A stretch of DNA of 64,000 nt, taken from the NCBI GenBank assembly GCA_963697335.1, contig CAVONQ010000005.1, positions 32,001 through 96,000 of the forward strand, given 5' to 3'. This document shows positions 31,686 to 41,356 of this stretch, piece after piece; position 1 is the stretch's first letter; the number at the start of each line of letters is the position of its first letter. Source of the DNA: an uncultured cyanobacterium (GTDB taxonomy: Bacteria > Cyanobacteriota > Cyanobacteriia > PCC-6307 > Cyanobiaceae). A program made the translations under genes and the position numbers. The notes under the pieces are model-generated. The model was not told where the DNA came from and made no database searches. It saw only the letters and a list, made by a program, of their open reading frames with translations.

Positions 31686-31980
31686 GGCGGTATCCCAGCA
31701 GCCCCCATCCTTGCCGGCCAATCCCGGCAGCCGCCTCATCAGCCCAGCCGCCACATCGGCCTGTGCCATCGGTTGCCCCCAGCTGTCACCTGACGGCTCG
31801 ACCGTGGGATCGGTGGGAGGCAGGCTGAACGCAACCGCAGGTCCCGACCATGCTCCGCATCCGTGGCAACAAGCTCAGCCTGCTGGCGGCACTCACTGCC
31901 CACTGGACCCATCAACAGCTGGCCATCCGCAGCATTCATAGGCTGGGATCCGACGCCACCCGTGGCCCCGCTCCCCAGAG

Positions 31981-32517
31981 ATGAACCAGCTCACCACCGC
32001 CATCAACCGCCATCTGGAATCGGAGTTCCAGGCCAGCCACAGCTACCTCTCGATGTCGATCTGGCTGCGGGAAAAGGATCTGGCGGGATTCTCCAAGTAC
32101 ATGCTCGAGAAGAGCAACGAGGAGCGTGCCCACGCGGCACGGATGATCGCCTACCTGGTGGACTGTGATGAGGAGGTGATCCTGCCCACGATCCAGGCAC
32201 CCCAGCGCGACTGGCAATCGGTGCAGCAGCTGTTCGACCGGGTCTCGGAGATGGAGAGGGAGGTGACAGCCTCCATCAACCGGCTCTATGGCCTGGCGGA
32301 GGAGAACAGCGAGCGCAGTGCCTCGTCCATGCTCGACTGGTTCGTGGAGGAGCAGATCAAAGAGGAAGCCGAGGCCCGTTTCGTGCGCAAGCGCCTGCGA
32401 CTCGCCGGCGACAATTCAGCGGCTCTGCTGCTGCTGGATCAGCAGTTCCTGGAGGGCACTGCCCTGGCCCACGTCAAGGCCACCATGGTGGGCTACGGCG
32501 CCGCTGGCGGCGCCTGA
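31981..32517 (+). CDS. ftn: Non-heme ferritin
   Basis: EFQASHSYL, EERAHA, EREVT, WFVEEQIKEE ferroxidase pattern. Confidence 0.93.
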   Translation: MNQLTTAINRHLESEFQASHSYLSMSIWLREKDLAGFSKYMLEKSNEERAHAARMIAYLVDCDEEVILPTIQAPQRDWQSVQQLFDRVSEMEREVTASINRLYGLAEENSERSASSMLDWFVEEQIKEEAEARFVRKRLRLAGDNSAALLLLDQQFLEGTALAHVKATMVGYGAAGGA

Positions 32518-32576
32518 CGCCCTGTGGCGATGGCACCTCCGCCCGGCAACAATGGCCAGGAGCAACGCCTGGGCCC

Positions 32577-32993
32577 ATGAGTGAACTGCGCGCCATCATG
32601 CAGCGCCTCGGACAGCGTCTGGACAACCGGGGAACTGCAGCCCCAACCGGCGCAGCAGATCGGCCCGTGGCCGATCTGTTTGTCAGCGAGCTGGAGCACT
32701 GCAGCGAGGCGATGCTCCACTACGAATGGAACTGGCTGGAGCAGCACCGTCAGGATTTAGCCCTGTGCGGCTCCAACGAGGCCATGCTGAAGGCGGCAGG
32801 CGGCCAGCAGCACCTCACCAGCCTGATCGCCCAGGCGGAGCACTACGACGGCCAGCTGCGGCAGGCCTTTGCCCAGCGCGGTCTGGTGCCCTGCCGCCAG
32901 CCCCACAACGTGGCCCCCACTGAGCACGCCTGGGAGCTGAGCAACCCGGGCCTGAGGGCGCAGTGGGGCCTGCTCGATCGGCCAGCCCCCTAG
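32577..32993 (+). CDS. Hypothetical protein
   Basis: 138-aa ORF with host-like codon bias filling the gap between ftn and gor. Confidence 0.65.
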   Translation: MSELRAIMQRLGQRLDNRGTAAPTGAADRPVADLFVSELEHCSEAMLHYEWNWLEQHRQDLALCGSNEAMLKAAGGQQHLTSLIAQAEHYDGQLRQAFAQRGLVPCRQPHNVAPTEHAWELSNPGLRAQWGLLDRPAP

Positions 32994-34354
32994 TTGGGCA
33001 TCGTGACGAACTCTTCCGCCACCGTGGGATGGAGGGCCATGGTGCGGTCGAAATCAGCCTTGGTGGCCCCCATGCCAATCGCCACGGCGGCCATCTGAAT
33101 GATCTCGGCTGCGTGCTCTCCCACCATGTGGCAGCCCAGCACGCGGTCAGTGGCTTTCTCCACGATCAGCTTCAGCAGCACCCTGGGCCCCCGCGCCGGC
33201 AGCGCCTGGCTCATGGCCCGGAAGCGGGCCCGATGCACCTGGATCGCCGCGGCGCCGTGGCGCTCACAGGCCTGCTCTTCCGTGAGGCCCACCCCGGAGA
33301 GTTCCGGCTGGGAAAACACAGCGCTGGCCACCAGATCATGGTTCACCTGGCGCGGCCGCTGCCCGTAGACCGTATCGGCAAAGGCCCGGCCCTCATCCAC
33401 CGCCACCGGGGTGAGGTTGATGCGGTCGGTCACATCGCCCACTGCGTAGATGTGACGCACGTTGGTGCGCTGGTCGGCGTCCACCGGGATTGCATCGCCC
33501 TCCACGGCGACACCGGCGGCCTCGAGGTTGAGGTTGTCCAGAAACGGCTTGCGGCCAGTGGCCAGCAACACCCCACCACAGGCAATCTCTTCCCCGGACT
33601 GGGTGGTGAGGGTGAGCGCGGCGGACGGGGAAGCCTGTGTGAGCGACTCCGGGGTGTGGGCGAAGCGCAGATCGATGCCCTGCTCCTGCATGGCCTCCCT
33701 CACGGTCTCGCTGGCCTCACGGTCAAAGCCCCGCAGCAGGTGGTCGCCCCGCACCAGCTGGGTCACTCGCACACCGAGGCCGTTCAGGATGCAGGCGAAT
33801 TCGCAGGCAATGAATCCGCCCCCCACCACGGCCACGGCCTCAGGCAGGCTCTCCTGCAGAAACATGTCATCACTCACCCAGGCCAGCTCGGCACCGGGGA
33901 AGGGGGGGCGATAGGGGCGCCCGCCGACGGCCACCAGGATGTGATCCGCCTGCAGCTGCCGCTCGGAACCATCGGCGGCCCGCACCGCCACGCTGTCTGC
34001 CGCCACAAAGCGACCCCAGCCCCGCAGCAGCGCCACGCCGGCCTTCTCCAGGAAGCTGATGTGCAAGCTGTTGAGCCGATCCACCTCGGCCCGCACTGCC
34101 GCCAGCAACCGCGCCGGGTCGCTGCGCCAGGGGGCCAGCTCCCAGCCGTAACTGCCGGCATCGGCGAGCAGGTGGCTGTAGGCCGAGCCGTACACCAGCA
34201 ACTTTTTGGGGACACAGCCACGGATCACGCAGGTGCCGCCCACACGGTCGCCCTCCACGATCGCCACCCTGGCGCCATAGCTGGCCGCCCGCTTGGCGGC
34301 AGCCAGCCCTCCGGAGCCGGCACCGAGCACGATCAGATCAAAGCGATCACCCAT
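32990..34354 (-). CDS. gor: Glutathione-disulfide reductase
   Basis: GAGSGG, GGTCVIRGCVPKK, GGGFIACE, HPTVAEE. Confidence 0.96.
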   Translation of the reverse strand: MGDRFDLIVLGAGSGGLAAAKRAASYGARVAIVEGDRVGGTCVIRGCVPKKLLVYGSAYSHLLADAGSYGWELAPWRSDPARLLAAVRAEVDRLNSLHISFLEKAGVALLRGWGRFVAADSVAVRAADGSERQLQADHILVAVGGRPYRPPFPGAELAWVSDDMFLQESLPEAVAVVGGGFIACEFACILNGLGVRVTQLVRGDHLLRGFDREASETVREAMQEQGIDLRFAHTPESLTQASPSAALTLTTQSGEEIACGGVLLATGRKPFLDNLNLEAAGVAVEGDAIPVDADQRTNVRHIYAVGDVTDRINLTPVAVDEGRAFADTVYGQRPRQVNHDLVASAVFSQPELSGVGLTEEQACERHGAAAIQVHRARFRAMSQALPARGPRVLLKLIVEKATDRVLGCHMVGEHAAEIIQMAAVAIGMGATKADFDRTMALHPTVAEEFVTMPN

Positions 34355-34442
34355 GGAGACAGACGTAGAGAACGGATGGGAAGAAACCCCAGCTTGCTTG
34401 GTCGGGGTTCGGCTCGGAGGGCTCCGCAGGGGGCCCAACAGC

Positions 34443-34467
34443 AAAAAACCCGCGGCAGAGCCGCGGG
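34443..34467 (-). terminator. Rho-independent terminator of amt1
   Basis: CCCGCGGC-TCT-GCCGCGGG-TTTTTT on the minus strand. Confidence 0.85.
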
Positions 34468-34510
34468 CTGGTGGGAGCCTGGGCCGAGGCTTCAGCCCCG
34501 GCTCGCAGCT

Positions 34511-35948
34511 TTACTTGGCGCTGGCAGCGAAGTCGGGGTAGGACTCCATGCCGTGCTCGCTGATGTCGAGACCCTCGATCTCCTCCTTCTCGGAGACGCG
34601 GATGCCTCCAAAGATGCCGCCAATGACGGACCAGGTGATCAAGGAAGCCACGATGGCAAAGATCGCGTAGGCGAGAACGCCCACGATCTGAAAGCCGAGC
34701 TGGGCAGGACCATGCCCAGTGAACAGGCCCTTGTCCACGTTGAACAGACCCACGGCCAGGGTGCCCCAGATGCCGCAGGTGCCGTGCACAGAGAAGGCAC
34801 CCACCGGGTCATCGATCTTGAGGCTGTCGATGAAGGACACCGAGAGCACCACGAGGGTGCCACCGATGAAGCCCACCACCCATGCGCCAGCCATCGAGAA
34901 GCCGTCGCAGCCGGCCGTCACAGCCACCAGCCCGGCCAGGATGCCGTTGATGGTCATGGTCAGGTCGGGCTTGCCGCCCCGGATCTGGGACACCAGGGTG
35001 CCGGAAATACCGCCGCCGGCGGCTCCCAGGGTGGTGGTGACGGCCACGAAGGGAACCGTTTGATCCATGGCCAGAACAGAGCCCGGGTTGAAGCCGTACC
35101 AGCCGATCCAGAGGATGAGGCAACCCAGGGTGGCAATGGCCATGTTGTGACCGGGGAGGGCCTGGGGCTTGCCTTCGGCGAACTTGCCAATCCTGGGGCC
35201 AAGCAGGAGGGCGCCGATCAGACCGGCCCAGGCACCGAAGGAGTGAACGATCGAGGAACCGGCGAAATCGATGAAGCCGAGCTCGGAGAGCCAGCCACCA
35301 TTCCACTGCCAGGAGCCGGAGATGGGATAGAGGATCCCGACCAGCACCAGGGAGAACACCACGAACTCACCGAACTTGATGCGCTCGGCCACCAGGCCGG
35401 AAACGATGGTGGCGGCCGTGGCGGCGAAGGCGACCTGGAAGAAGAAGTCGACTGTGGGAACAAGGGACCCTTCGGTCACCATCTCAGGTGTGACAGTGGG
35501 GTCGAAGAACAGGCCCTTGAAGAACAGCCAGCCACCCAGCACCGAATCTCCGTACATCACGGAGTAGCCGATGAACCAGTAGGCAGTGGCGGCCAGGGCG
35601 AAGACGATGAGGTTCTTCAACAGGATGTTGACCGCATTTTTTTGGCGGCACATCCCCGACTCCACCATGGCGAAGCCGGCATTCATGAAGATGACCAGAA
35701 TCGCGCAGATGAAAATGAAGAGGTTGTTGGCCAGGAAGGCGGCCGTGAGCTCCGGAAGCTCAGCAGCGTGGGCCGAGAGGTTGAACACCCCCAGGCCGAA
35801 CAGCGCCAGGGGAACGCAGGCCAACCAGATGAGGCCGCGCTGGGAAGAAAGACCTCGGATCCTGCTCATCAACAGGGCTGGGGCTTCCAACAGACTCGCC
35901 TCATTGCAGACGTTTCGTGCGCCTGGGAGGGTGCGAAGCAATGGTCAT
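34511..35948 (-). CDS. amt1: Ammonium transporter; one extra base near 35904-35905
   Basis: FMNAGFAMVESG, DFAGSSIVH, GWYGFNPGS, DDPVGAFSVHG, GLDISEHG; MTIASHPPRRTKRL joins EASLLE if one base is removed. Confidence 0.95.
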
Positions 35949-36011
35949 GGGCAGATCAGAAAGACGGCTGCTCGATGGAGATTGAATGCCGCAAGACATC
36001 CATTGCGACTG

Positions 36012-36053
36012 ACAATGCGCTCTGACGCTGCAGGCCGATGTTCTTTTCGCTAC
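36012..36053 (-). promoter_or_regulatory. NtcA-activated promoter of amt1
   Basis: Minus strand GTA-N8-AAC (36053-36040), 22-nt spacer, CATTGT -10 (36017-36012); matches class II NtcA geometry. Confidence 0.7.
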
Positions 36054-36177
36054 CAAATGAGCCTGCAAGCCCTGGCCAGGCCCGCCCTGGCCCCGCAGAA
36101 GTGCAACGTTTCAGCACGAAACCGCAGATCTGTTCGCAGTGGACAGAAATCCGGGCTTTGATGGGGGCTCAGGACAA

Positions 36178-36293
36178 AACGTTGGGCCTATGCACTCGCC
36201 TTGGACTCCCCTGAGCCCGTCAGGCCGTGCCTGCTGGAAGTAGCCCGATCCTCGCGTCGACCGCGGTCACGCCGAGAACGGACGAAGCAACGC
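36178..36293 (+). ncRNA. Glutamine riboswitch (glnA motif, class I) with long P2/P3
   Basis: P1 CGTTG (36180-84) / CAACG, E-loop elements GGAAGTA (36236-42) and GAAG (36284-87); upstream of a DUF4278 gene. Confidence 0.8.
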
Positions 36294-36379
36294 TCCTCCA
36301 CGTCAAGGGGGTCGTCAACGACGCCACGACGCACCGAGCCGCCCTACTTGGCTCTTCTCTTCCAACTGAGGACGCCACC

Positions 36380-36565
36380 ATGACCAATTCCCCACTGCGC
36401 TACCGCGGCGTGGCCTACGACGCCAGCCAGCACGAGCACCCCTCCAGCGAAGCCGTGGAGCACACCTACAGGGGCCTCCACTACGTAGCACCCCTGCGGC
36501 ATGAGCCGGCACCGGTGGATCCCTCCACCGATCTGCAATACCGGGGTGCCCACTACCACCACTGA
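36380..36565 (+). CDS. DUF4278 domain small protein
   Basis: Three YRGxxY repeats (LRYRGVAY, TYRGLHY, LQYRGAHY); GAGG RBS. Confidence 0.85.
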   Translation: MTNSPLRYRGVAYDASQHEHPSSEAVEHTYRGLHYVAPLRHEPAPVDPSTDLQYRGAHYHH

Positions 36566-36708
36566 GCCTGGCGAGGGGTTGGCCGGCAGGGCCAGCCCCG
36601 ACGGGCCCGTCTTGATGGGGTTCAACGGCTACGCCTGCAGAAAGCCGTCATTGCTACAGAAGCGGGCGCTTTCAGCCTCTAGAAGAGGCTGGGTCAACCT
36701 GGTATCAC

Positions 36709-37053
36709 GTGAAACAGATTCAAGCCATTGTGCGCCCGGAAAAGCTGGACGCGGTCAAGGACGCCCTTGTGGCCATCGGCATCAACGGCATCACCGTGGC
36801 AGCGGTTCAGGGCTTCGGACGCCAGATGGGCCACACCGAGGTGTACCGCGGCGTGAAGGTGGAGGCCAAGCTGCTCACCAAGATGCACATCACCACGGTG
36901 GTCACTGATCAGGTGGTTGACAGTGTGGTGGAAGCCATCAAGACGGCAGCCCGCACTGGTGAGATCGGCGACGGCAAGATCATCATCACTCCGGTGGACA
37001 ACGCCATCCGGATTCGCACCGGCGAATCCGGGGACGACACTCTCCAACCCTGA
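36709..37053 (+). CDS. glnB: PII family nitrogen regulator, divergent paralogue
   Basis: [30 protein letters not shown]. Confidence 0.92.
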   Translation: MKQIQAIVRPEKLDAVKDALVAIGINGITVAAVQGFGRQMGHTEVYRGVKVEAKLLTKMHITTVVTDQVVDSVVEAIKTAARTGEIGDGKIIITPVDNAIRIRTGESGDDTLQP

Positions 37054-37072
37054 GACCCCGATCAGGACGGCC

Positions 37073-38335
37073 ATGCCGGCTTCGGTCCCCCAGAGCATGG
37101 GTCCACTGTCATGGCCGGAACTCGCCTCCTGGGCAGAACCCCAGGGGGATAGGGTCCAGGGCGGCACCAATTCCCAGGCCCAGCTCAGGCTGTTCGGTCA
37201 GCCCGAGACAGAGGTGCGGGTCACCCTGTACCGCGATCACCACGCCTGGTGTCCCTACTGCCAGAAGGTGTGGCTCTGGCTGGAGGAGAGGCGGATTCCC
37301 TATCGGATCCGCAAAGTCACGATGTTCTGCTACGGCGAAAAGGAGCGCTGGTATCGCCAGCTGGTTCCTTCCGGCATGCTGCCGGCCCTGGAGCTGGACG
37401 GCGAGCGGATCACTGAGAGCGATCGGATTCTTGAGGCCCTGGAGAGGGCCTTTGGCCCTTTGGTGGCAGGGATGGGCCATCCCCAGGTTCTGCCGCTAAG
37501 GCAGCTGGAGCGGAACCTGTTCCGTAGCTGGTGCCAGTGGCTGTGTCAGCCCCAGCCCAGCCCAGCCGCCGAGCAGGAGGCCCGCCTCCAGTTCCAGCGC
37601 ATGGCCGCCCGGCTGGAGCAGGCCCTGGAGGAAGGGCCCGGGCCGTTCCTGCTGGAAGAGCTGAGCACTGCCGACCTCGTGTTTGTGCCCTACGTGGAGC
37701 GGATGAACGCCTCCCTGGCCTACTACAAGGGGTTTCTGCTGCGCCAGGAACACCCGGCGATCGACCGCTGGTTCACCGGTCTGGAGCAGCGCTCCACCTA
37801 CCTCGGCACCCAGAGCGACTTCCACACCCACGCCCACGACCTGCCACCCCAGATGGGCGGCTGCTACGCCAACGGCAGCGCTGCGCAACAGGCCCTGGCC
37901 GCCCGCATCGACCGGGGCCCCTGGCCGCTGAGTGACGCCTCGGGCGCCGATCCGGAAACCTCCGCCCCAGAGCCAGGCGATGCCGCTGCCGTGGCTCTGG
38001 GCCGCATGCTGCGCCACCGCATCCCCCTGCAGCAGCGCCAGGCCCTGGCCGGACCGGCCATGGACCAGGCCCTGCGCTGCGCCCTCAGTCACCTGGTGCA
38101 CGGCACACCCTGCCCTCCACCAGCCGGCACGGCCGTTGGCCTGCGCGCCCTGCGCGATCGCATCAGCGTGCCGCGCGACATGCCCCTGCATGCGGCTCGA
38201 CACCTGCGGACCAGCCTGGAGACCACCGCCGCCCTCGATCCGCGGGATCCCTCAGCCCAGCCCGACTCCCTCCCCGTCCACCACCGACGCGACCAGGATC
38301 CCCAGCCCTTCCTCAGCTCCGCACCTAGCGTCTGA
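37073..38335 (+). CDS. Glutathione S-transferase family protein
   Basis: [27 protein letters not shown]. Confidence 0.9.
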   Translation: MPASVPQSMGPLSWPELASWAEPQGDRVQGGTNSQAQLRLFGQPETEVRVTLYRDHHAWCPYCQKVWLWLEERRIPYRIRKVTMFCYGEKERWYRQLVPSGMLPALELDGERITESDRILEALERAFGPLVAGMGHPQVLPLRQLERNLFRSWCQWLCQPQPSPAAEQEARLQFQRMAARLEQALEEGPGPFLLEELSTADLVFVPYVERMNASLAYYKGFLLRQEHPAIDRWFTGLEQRSTYLGTQSDFHTHAHDLPPQMGGCYANGSAAQQALAARIDRGPWPLSDASGADPETSAPEPGDAAAVALGRMLRHRIPLQQRQALAGPAMDQALRCALSHLVHGTPCPPPAGTAVGLRALRDRISVPRDMPLHAARHLRTSLETTAALDPRDPSAQPDSLPVHHRRDQDPQPFLSSAPSV

Positions 38336-38357
38336 GGGCGCGCAGCCGTTCCCGCCC

Positions 38358-38987
38358 ATGGCCCCCCTCAGCCGCCACCACGGTCTTGAGCAGACCAGCC
38401 TTCAGCCAGGCAGCCTTCGGCAGCAGCCCTCACGGCCGGTCCAGCAGCAGCGCCTGGGCGCCGCAGCTGTGGGCCTGGCGTTGCTGGCGCTGCTGGCTCC
38501 GGTCCCGCTGCGGGCCCTGGAGTTGCGCGGCAGCACCTACTTCACGCGCCCGCCCTGGAAGGTGGATCTGGTCAGCTACTACACCACCGTGTCCCAGCCC
38601 GCAGCGGAGTACTACTTCAGTGTGGAGCTGGCTGCGGACGCCGGCGCCTCCCTTGGGGGCCTGACATTCCGCCAGACCCGGGGCGTCGACACCAATTTCC
38701 AATTCAGCCCCGAACGCACTCGCGCCTTTGTCGGCAGGCCGCGCCGGGAGGGTGCGTCGATTCCCGTGGAGGCCAGCTTTGACCCCGCGCAACGGCAGGT
38801 GCAGGTGCTCTTTCCCGAACCGGTGGCACCGGGGCAGACCATCACAGTGATGCTCAAGCCCTGGGCCAATCCGTCGGTCAGCGACACCTACATGTTTCAG
38901 GTTCAGGCGATCCCGGCTGGCCCCCGACCCACGCCGGCATCCCTGGGCTTCGGCACCCTGCGGATCTACCAACCGGACTGGCTCTGA
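38358..38987 (+). CDS. DUF2808 domain protein
   Basis: Signal-like helix, G.TYF..PP, FPEPVAPGQT..V.LKP..NP. Confidence 0.8.
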   Translation: MAPLSRHHGLEQTSLQPGSLRQQPSRPVQQQRLGAAAVGLALLALLAPVPLRALELRGSTYFTRPPWKVDLVSYYTTVSQPAAEYYFSVELAADAGASLGGLTFRQTRGVDTNFQFSPERTRAFVGRPRREGASIPVEASFDPAQRQVQVLFPEPVAPGQTITVMLKPWANPSVSDTYMFQVQAIPAGPRPTPASLGFGTLRIYQPDWL

Positions 38988-39004
38988 AGCTGAAGGGCCT
39001 GCAA

Positions 39005-39238
39005 TCAGGGGTTGCCGCCCGGGTAGCGCAAAGTGCGCCAGTCGCCGCTGGCCGTGCTCACCTCAACGCCGATCTCCACCGGTCCCTGACTCGCACCCAC
39101 CTGGTCCTGCCACCATCCCATCGCCTCGGCCCAGGCGGCGTCGAGCGAGTCATAGAGGTCGTCCAGCACCGGGTGGGGCGAGCCTTGCTGGTCGACGAGG
39201 CGGTAGTGACGCAAAGGCTGGGCATGAACTGAAGCCAT
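39005..39238 (-). CDS. Small conserved hypothetical protein
   Basis: YRLVD..G.PHPVLDD.Y and GVEVST.SG.WRT pattern; host-like codon use. Confidence 0.7.
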   Translation of the reverse strand: MASVHAQPLRHYRLVDQQGSPHPVLDDLYDSLDAAWAEAMGWWQDQVGASQGPVEIGVEVSTASGDWRTLRYPGGNP

Positions 39239-39348
39239 CTCCCACAACGCGAAAACCAATCCTGATCATGGCCCTTGTGACAGCCAGAAACTGTCACCTT
39301 CACAACATCTTCGGGTCAGGCCGGCGGCTGCAGCCTGGACAGCCACCC

Positions 39349-39810
39349 TCAGCTGAGGTAACGGCGGATGCTGGGACGGCACCAATAGACCAGGGCCGCC
39401 GTGTTGGCCGCCCAGAGCACCCCTGCCACCACGGCGGTCAGGCCACGACCTTCGCTGAACACGGCCAGTCGCACGATCCCATAGGGGAGGCCCACCGCCA
39501 GGCTCATGGCCAGGGCCACGATCACCACGATCTGGCCCCAGGCCCGCCATTTGAGCAGGGCGATCGCGCCCACCAGGCCCACCACGGCAGTGGGCAGCAC
39601 GGCGCTGGCCCCCACCACGATGTGGACGGTGCGCCAGGTGGGCTCGCGCAGGATCACCCAGAGCACCAGGGGCAGCACCAGCAGATTCGCCACCAGACCC
39701 AGCCAGCTGAGGGTGAGGTAGCCACGCGGGGGCTGAAGCATCGCAAGCCGGGCGGGGAGCACGGGAGGGTACCGGTCCCCCATGGTCGGATACGGCGGGC
39801 GTAGGGCCAT
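39349..39810 (-). CDS. Hypothetical 4-TM membrane protein
   Basis: Four hydrophobic segments; coupled downstream of the pirin gene. Confidence 0.7.
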   Translation of the reverse strand: MALRPPYPTMGDRYPPVLPARLAMLQPPRGYLTLSWLGLVANLLVLPLVLWVILREPTWRTVHIVVGASAVLPTAVVGLVGAIALLKWRAWGQIVVIVALAMSLAVGLPYGIVRLAVFSEGRGLTAVVAGVLWAANTAALVYWCRPSIRRYLS

Positions 39811-39822
39811 CAGCGCTGCCCC

Positions 39823-40581
39823 TCAGCCCAGCTCAAAGAGCAGCAGATCGGCCCCGTTGGGGCCGGCACCGAAGGACCGCAGGCTCTCCGCCCCGAAGCC
39901 CAGGCCATCGCCGCGCTGCAGGGGCTGGCTCCGTTGATGCCCCCCGGAGGCGCCCGGCGACTCTGCCTCAGCCTGCACTTCGCCGGCGCCATCGATCAAC
40001 TGCAACCAGCCGAGCCCGCCGGGGGGCAGGGGCAGATCCAGCACGTCGCCAGACCCGGGACTGGCCCGCCACAGCCGGATCGGCCGCCGCACCGAGAGGG
40101 CACCGGCGGCACCGGCGGGATCCACCAGGGGGGTCCAGTCGGCACCGATCTCGAACGACTTCTGGCCGTAGACCGGCGGCAGACCGCCCTGGCTGGGTTC
40201 GATCCAGATCTGCAGCAGCCGGCAGGGGCGATCACCCTGGTTCATCTCGCTGTGCACCACGCCAGTGCCGGCACCCATCACCTGCACCTCTCCCGCCTCA
40301 ATCACCGCAGCATGGCCCATCGAATCGCGGTGGCTGAGCTGGCCCTCCACCATCACCGTGACGATCTCCATATCGCGGTGCGGGTGCATGCCGAAGCCCC
40401 GACCAGCGGCGATGGTGTCGTCATTGATCACGCGCAGAGGTCCGAAGCCCATCCAGGCCGGATCGTAGTGATCGGCAAACGAGAACGAGTGCCAGCTCTC
40501 CAGCCAGTCGAACCGGCTGTGGAACCGCTGCGCCGCCGGACGCAACAGCGGTTCGGGGGCCGCGGCAACGCTGCTGGTCAT
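39823..40581 (-). CDS. Pirin family protein
   Basis: SWHSFSFA, LRVINDD, GFGMHPHRDMEI, HSE, LQIWI. Confidence 0.93.
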   Translation of the reverse strand: MTSSVAAAPEPLLRPAAQRFHSRFDWLESWHSFSFADHYDPAWMGFGPLRVINDDTIAAGRGFGMHPHRDMEIVTVMVEGQLSHRDSMGHAAVIEAGEVQVMGAGTGVVHSEMNQGDRPCRLLQIWIEPSQGGLPPVYGQKSFEIGADWTPLVDPAGAAGALSVRRPIRLWRASPGSGDVLDLPLPPGGLGWLQLIDGAGEVQAEAESPGASGGHQRSQPLQRGDGLGFGAESLRSFGAGPNGADLLLFELG

Positions 40582-41090
40582 GGGCGGGGTGCCTGCATGG
40601 AGCACAGCCGATCCACCAGATCGGCGATGCTGCTGTCCTTGGCGGGATTGGCCCCATTGCTCACCAGCTGGCGGCCCACCACATGGGCCCCCAGATGGGC
40701 CAGCTGCAACCGCAGCGCCGCCAGCACGGTGTGGCCGCCCCCACCCGAATGGGTGGCGATGGCAATCGGCCGCTGGTTGAACAGGGCCCGGAAGTCGCTG
40801 CCCTGCACGGAGAGCCAGGCAATGGCGCTGGTGAGAACCGGCGGAATCGAGCCGTTGTATTCCGGCGCGCAGATCACCCAGCGCGGCACCTCGGCCAGGC
40901 TGCTCTCCAGGGCGGGCAGGGCTGCAGGCATCCCCTCGGCCTGGGCCCTGGGGGAATACAGCGGCAGCTCCAGGGCGGTGAGATCGAGCACCTCGGCCCT
41001 GAGCTTGTGCGCCGTGGCTGCCGCCACAAAGCGCTCGGCCAGGCGCAGGTTCTCGCCGTTACTGGCGGCGAGCACAAGCAGATCGTTCAT
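40578..41090 (-). CDS. NADPH-dependent FMN reductase
   Basis: APEYNGSIPPVL, HSGGGG. Confidence 0.9.
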   Translation of the reverse strand: MNDLLVLAASNGENLRLAERFVAAATAHKLRAEVLDLTALELPLYSPRAQAEGMPAALPALESSLAEVPRWVICAPEYNGSIPPVLTSAIAWLSVQGSDFRALFNQRPIAIATHSGGGGHTVLAALRLQLAHLGAHVVGRQLVSNGANPAKDSSIADLVDRLCSMQAPRP

Positions 41091-41356
41091 GGTCGCGGCG
41101 TGTTGAGCGTGAACACGATCGGCTGGATTCGGAGTCTGGTCATGCCCCAGCTTGGCGCGCCCGCCCACCCATGTTGAGCTGAACCACTGCGAAGGCCTGA
41201 CAGGATCACCCCGATCCCTTGGCTTTCAGCCGGCCCTGGATAGCGTGATGAGGGTTGTCAATCCAGCCGGCGGTCCCGGTCCCCTTCCTCCAGGCCCATG
41301 CCTCCCTCCAGGCCGCACCAGCGGCCATTGATCGGCGCCCCCTCAGGATCGTTCTG

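Noticed and set aside
31690..31980. Possible small ORF or stem (GCAGGCTGA..TCAGCCTGC) upstream of ferritin
   Set aside because: No RBS, protein motif or recognisable Fur box; support is insufficient.
35901..35903. In-frame TGA codons (amt1, udg) as selenocysteine or readthrough, given the nearby mnmH
   Set aside because: The downstream coding sequence is in a different frame, so readthrough would not restore the proteins.
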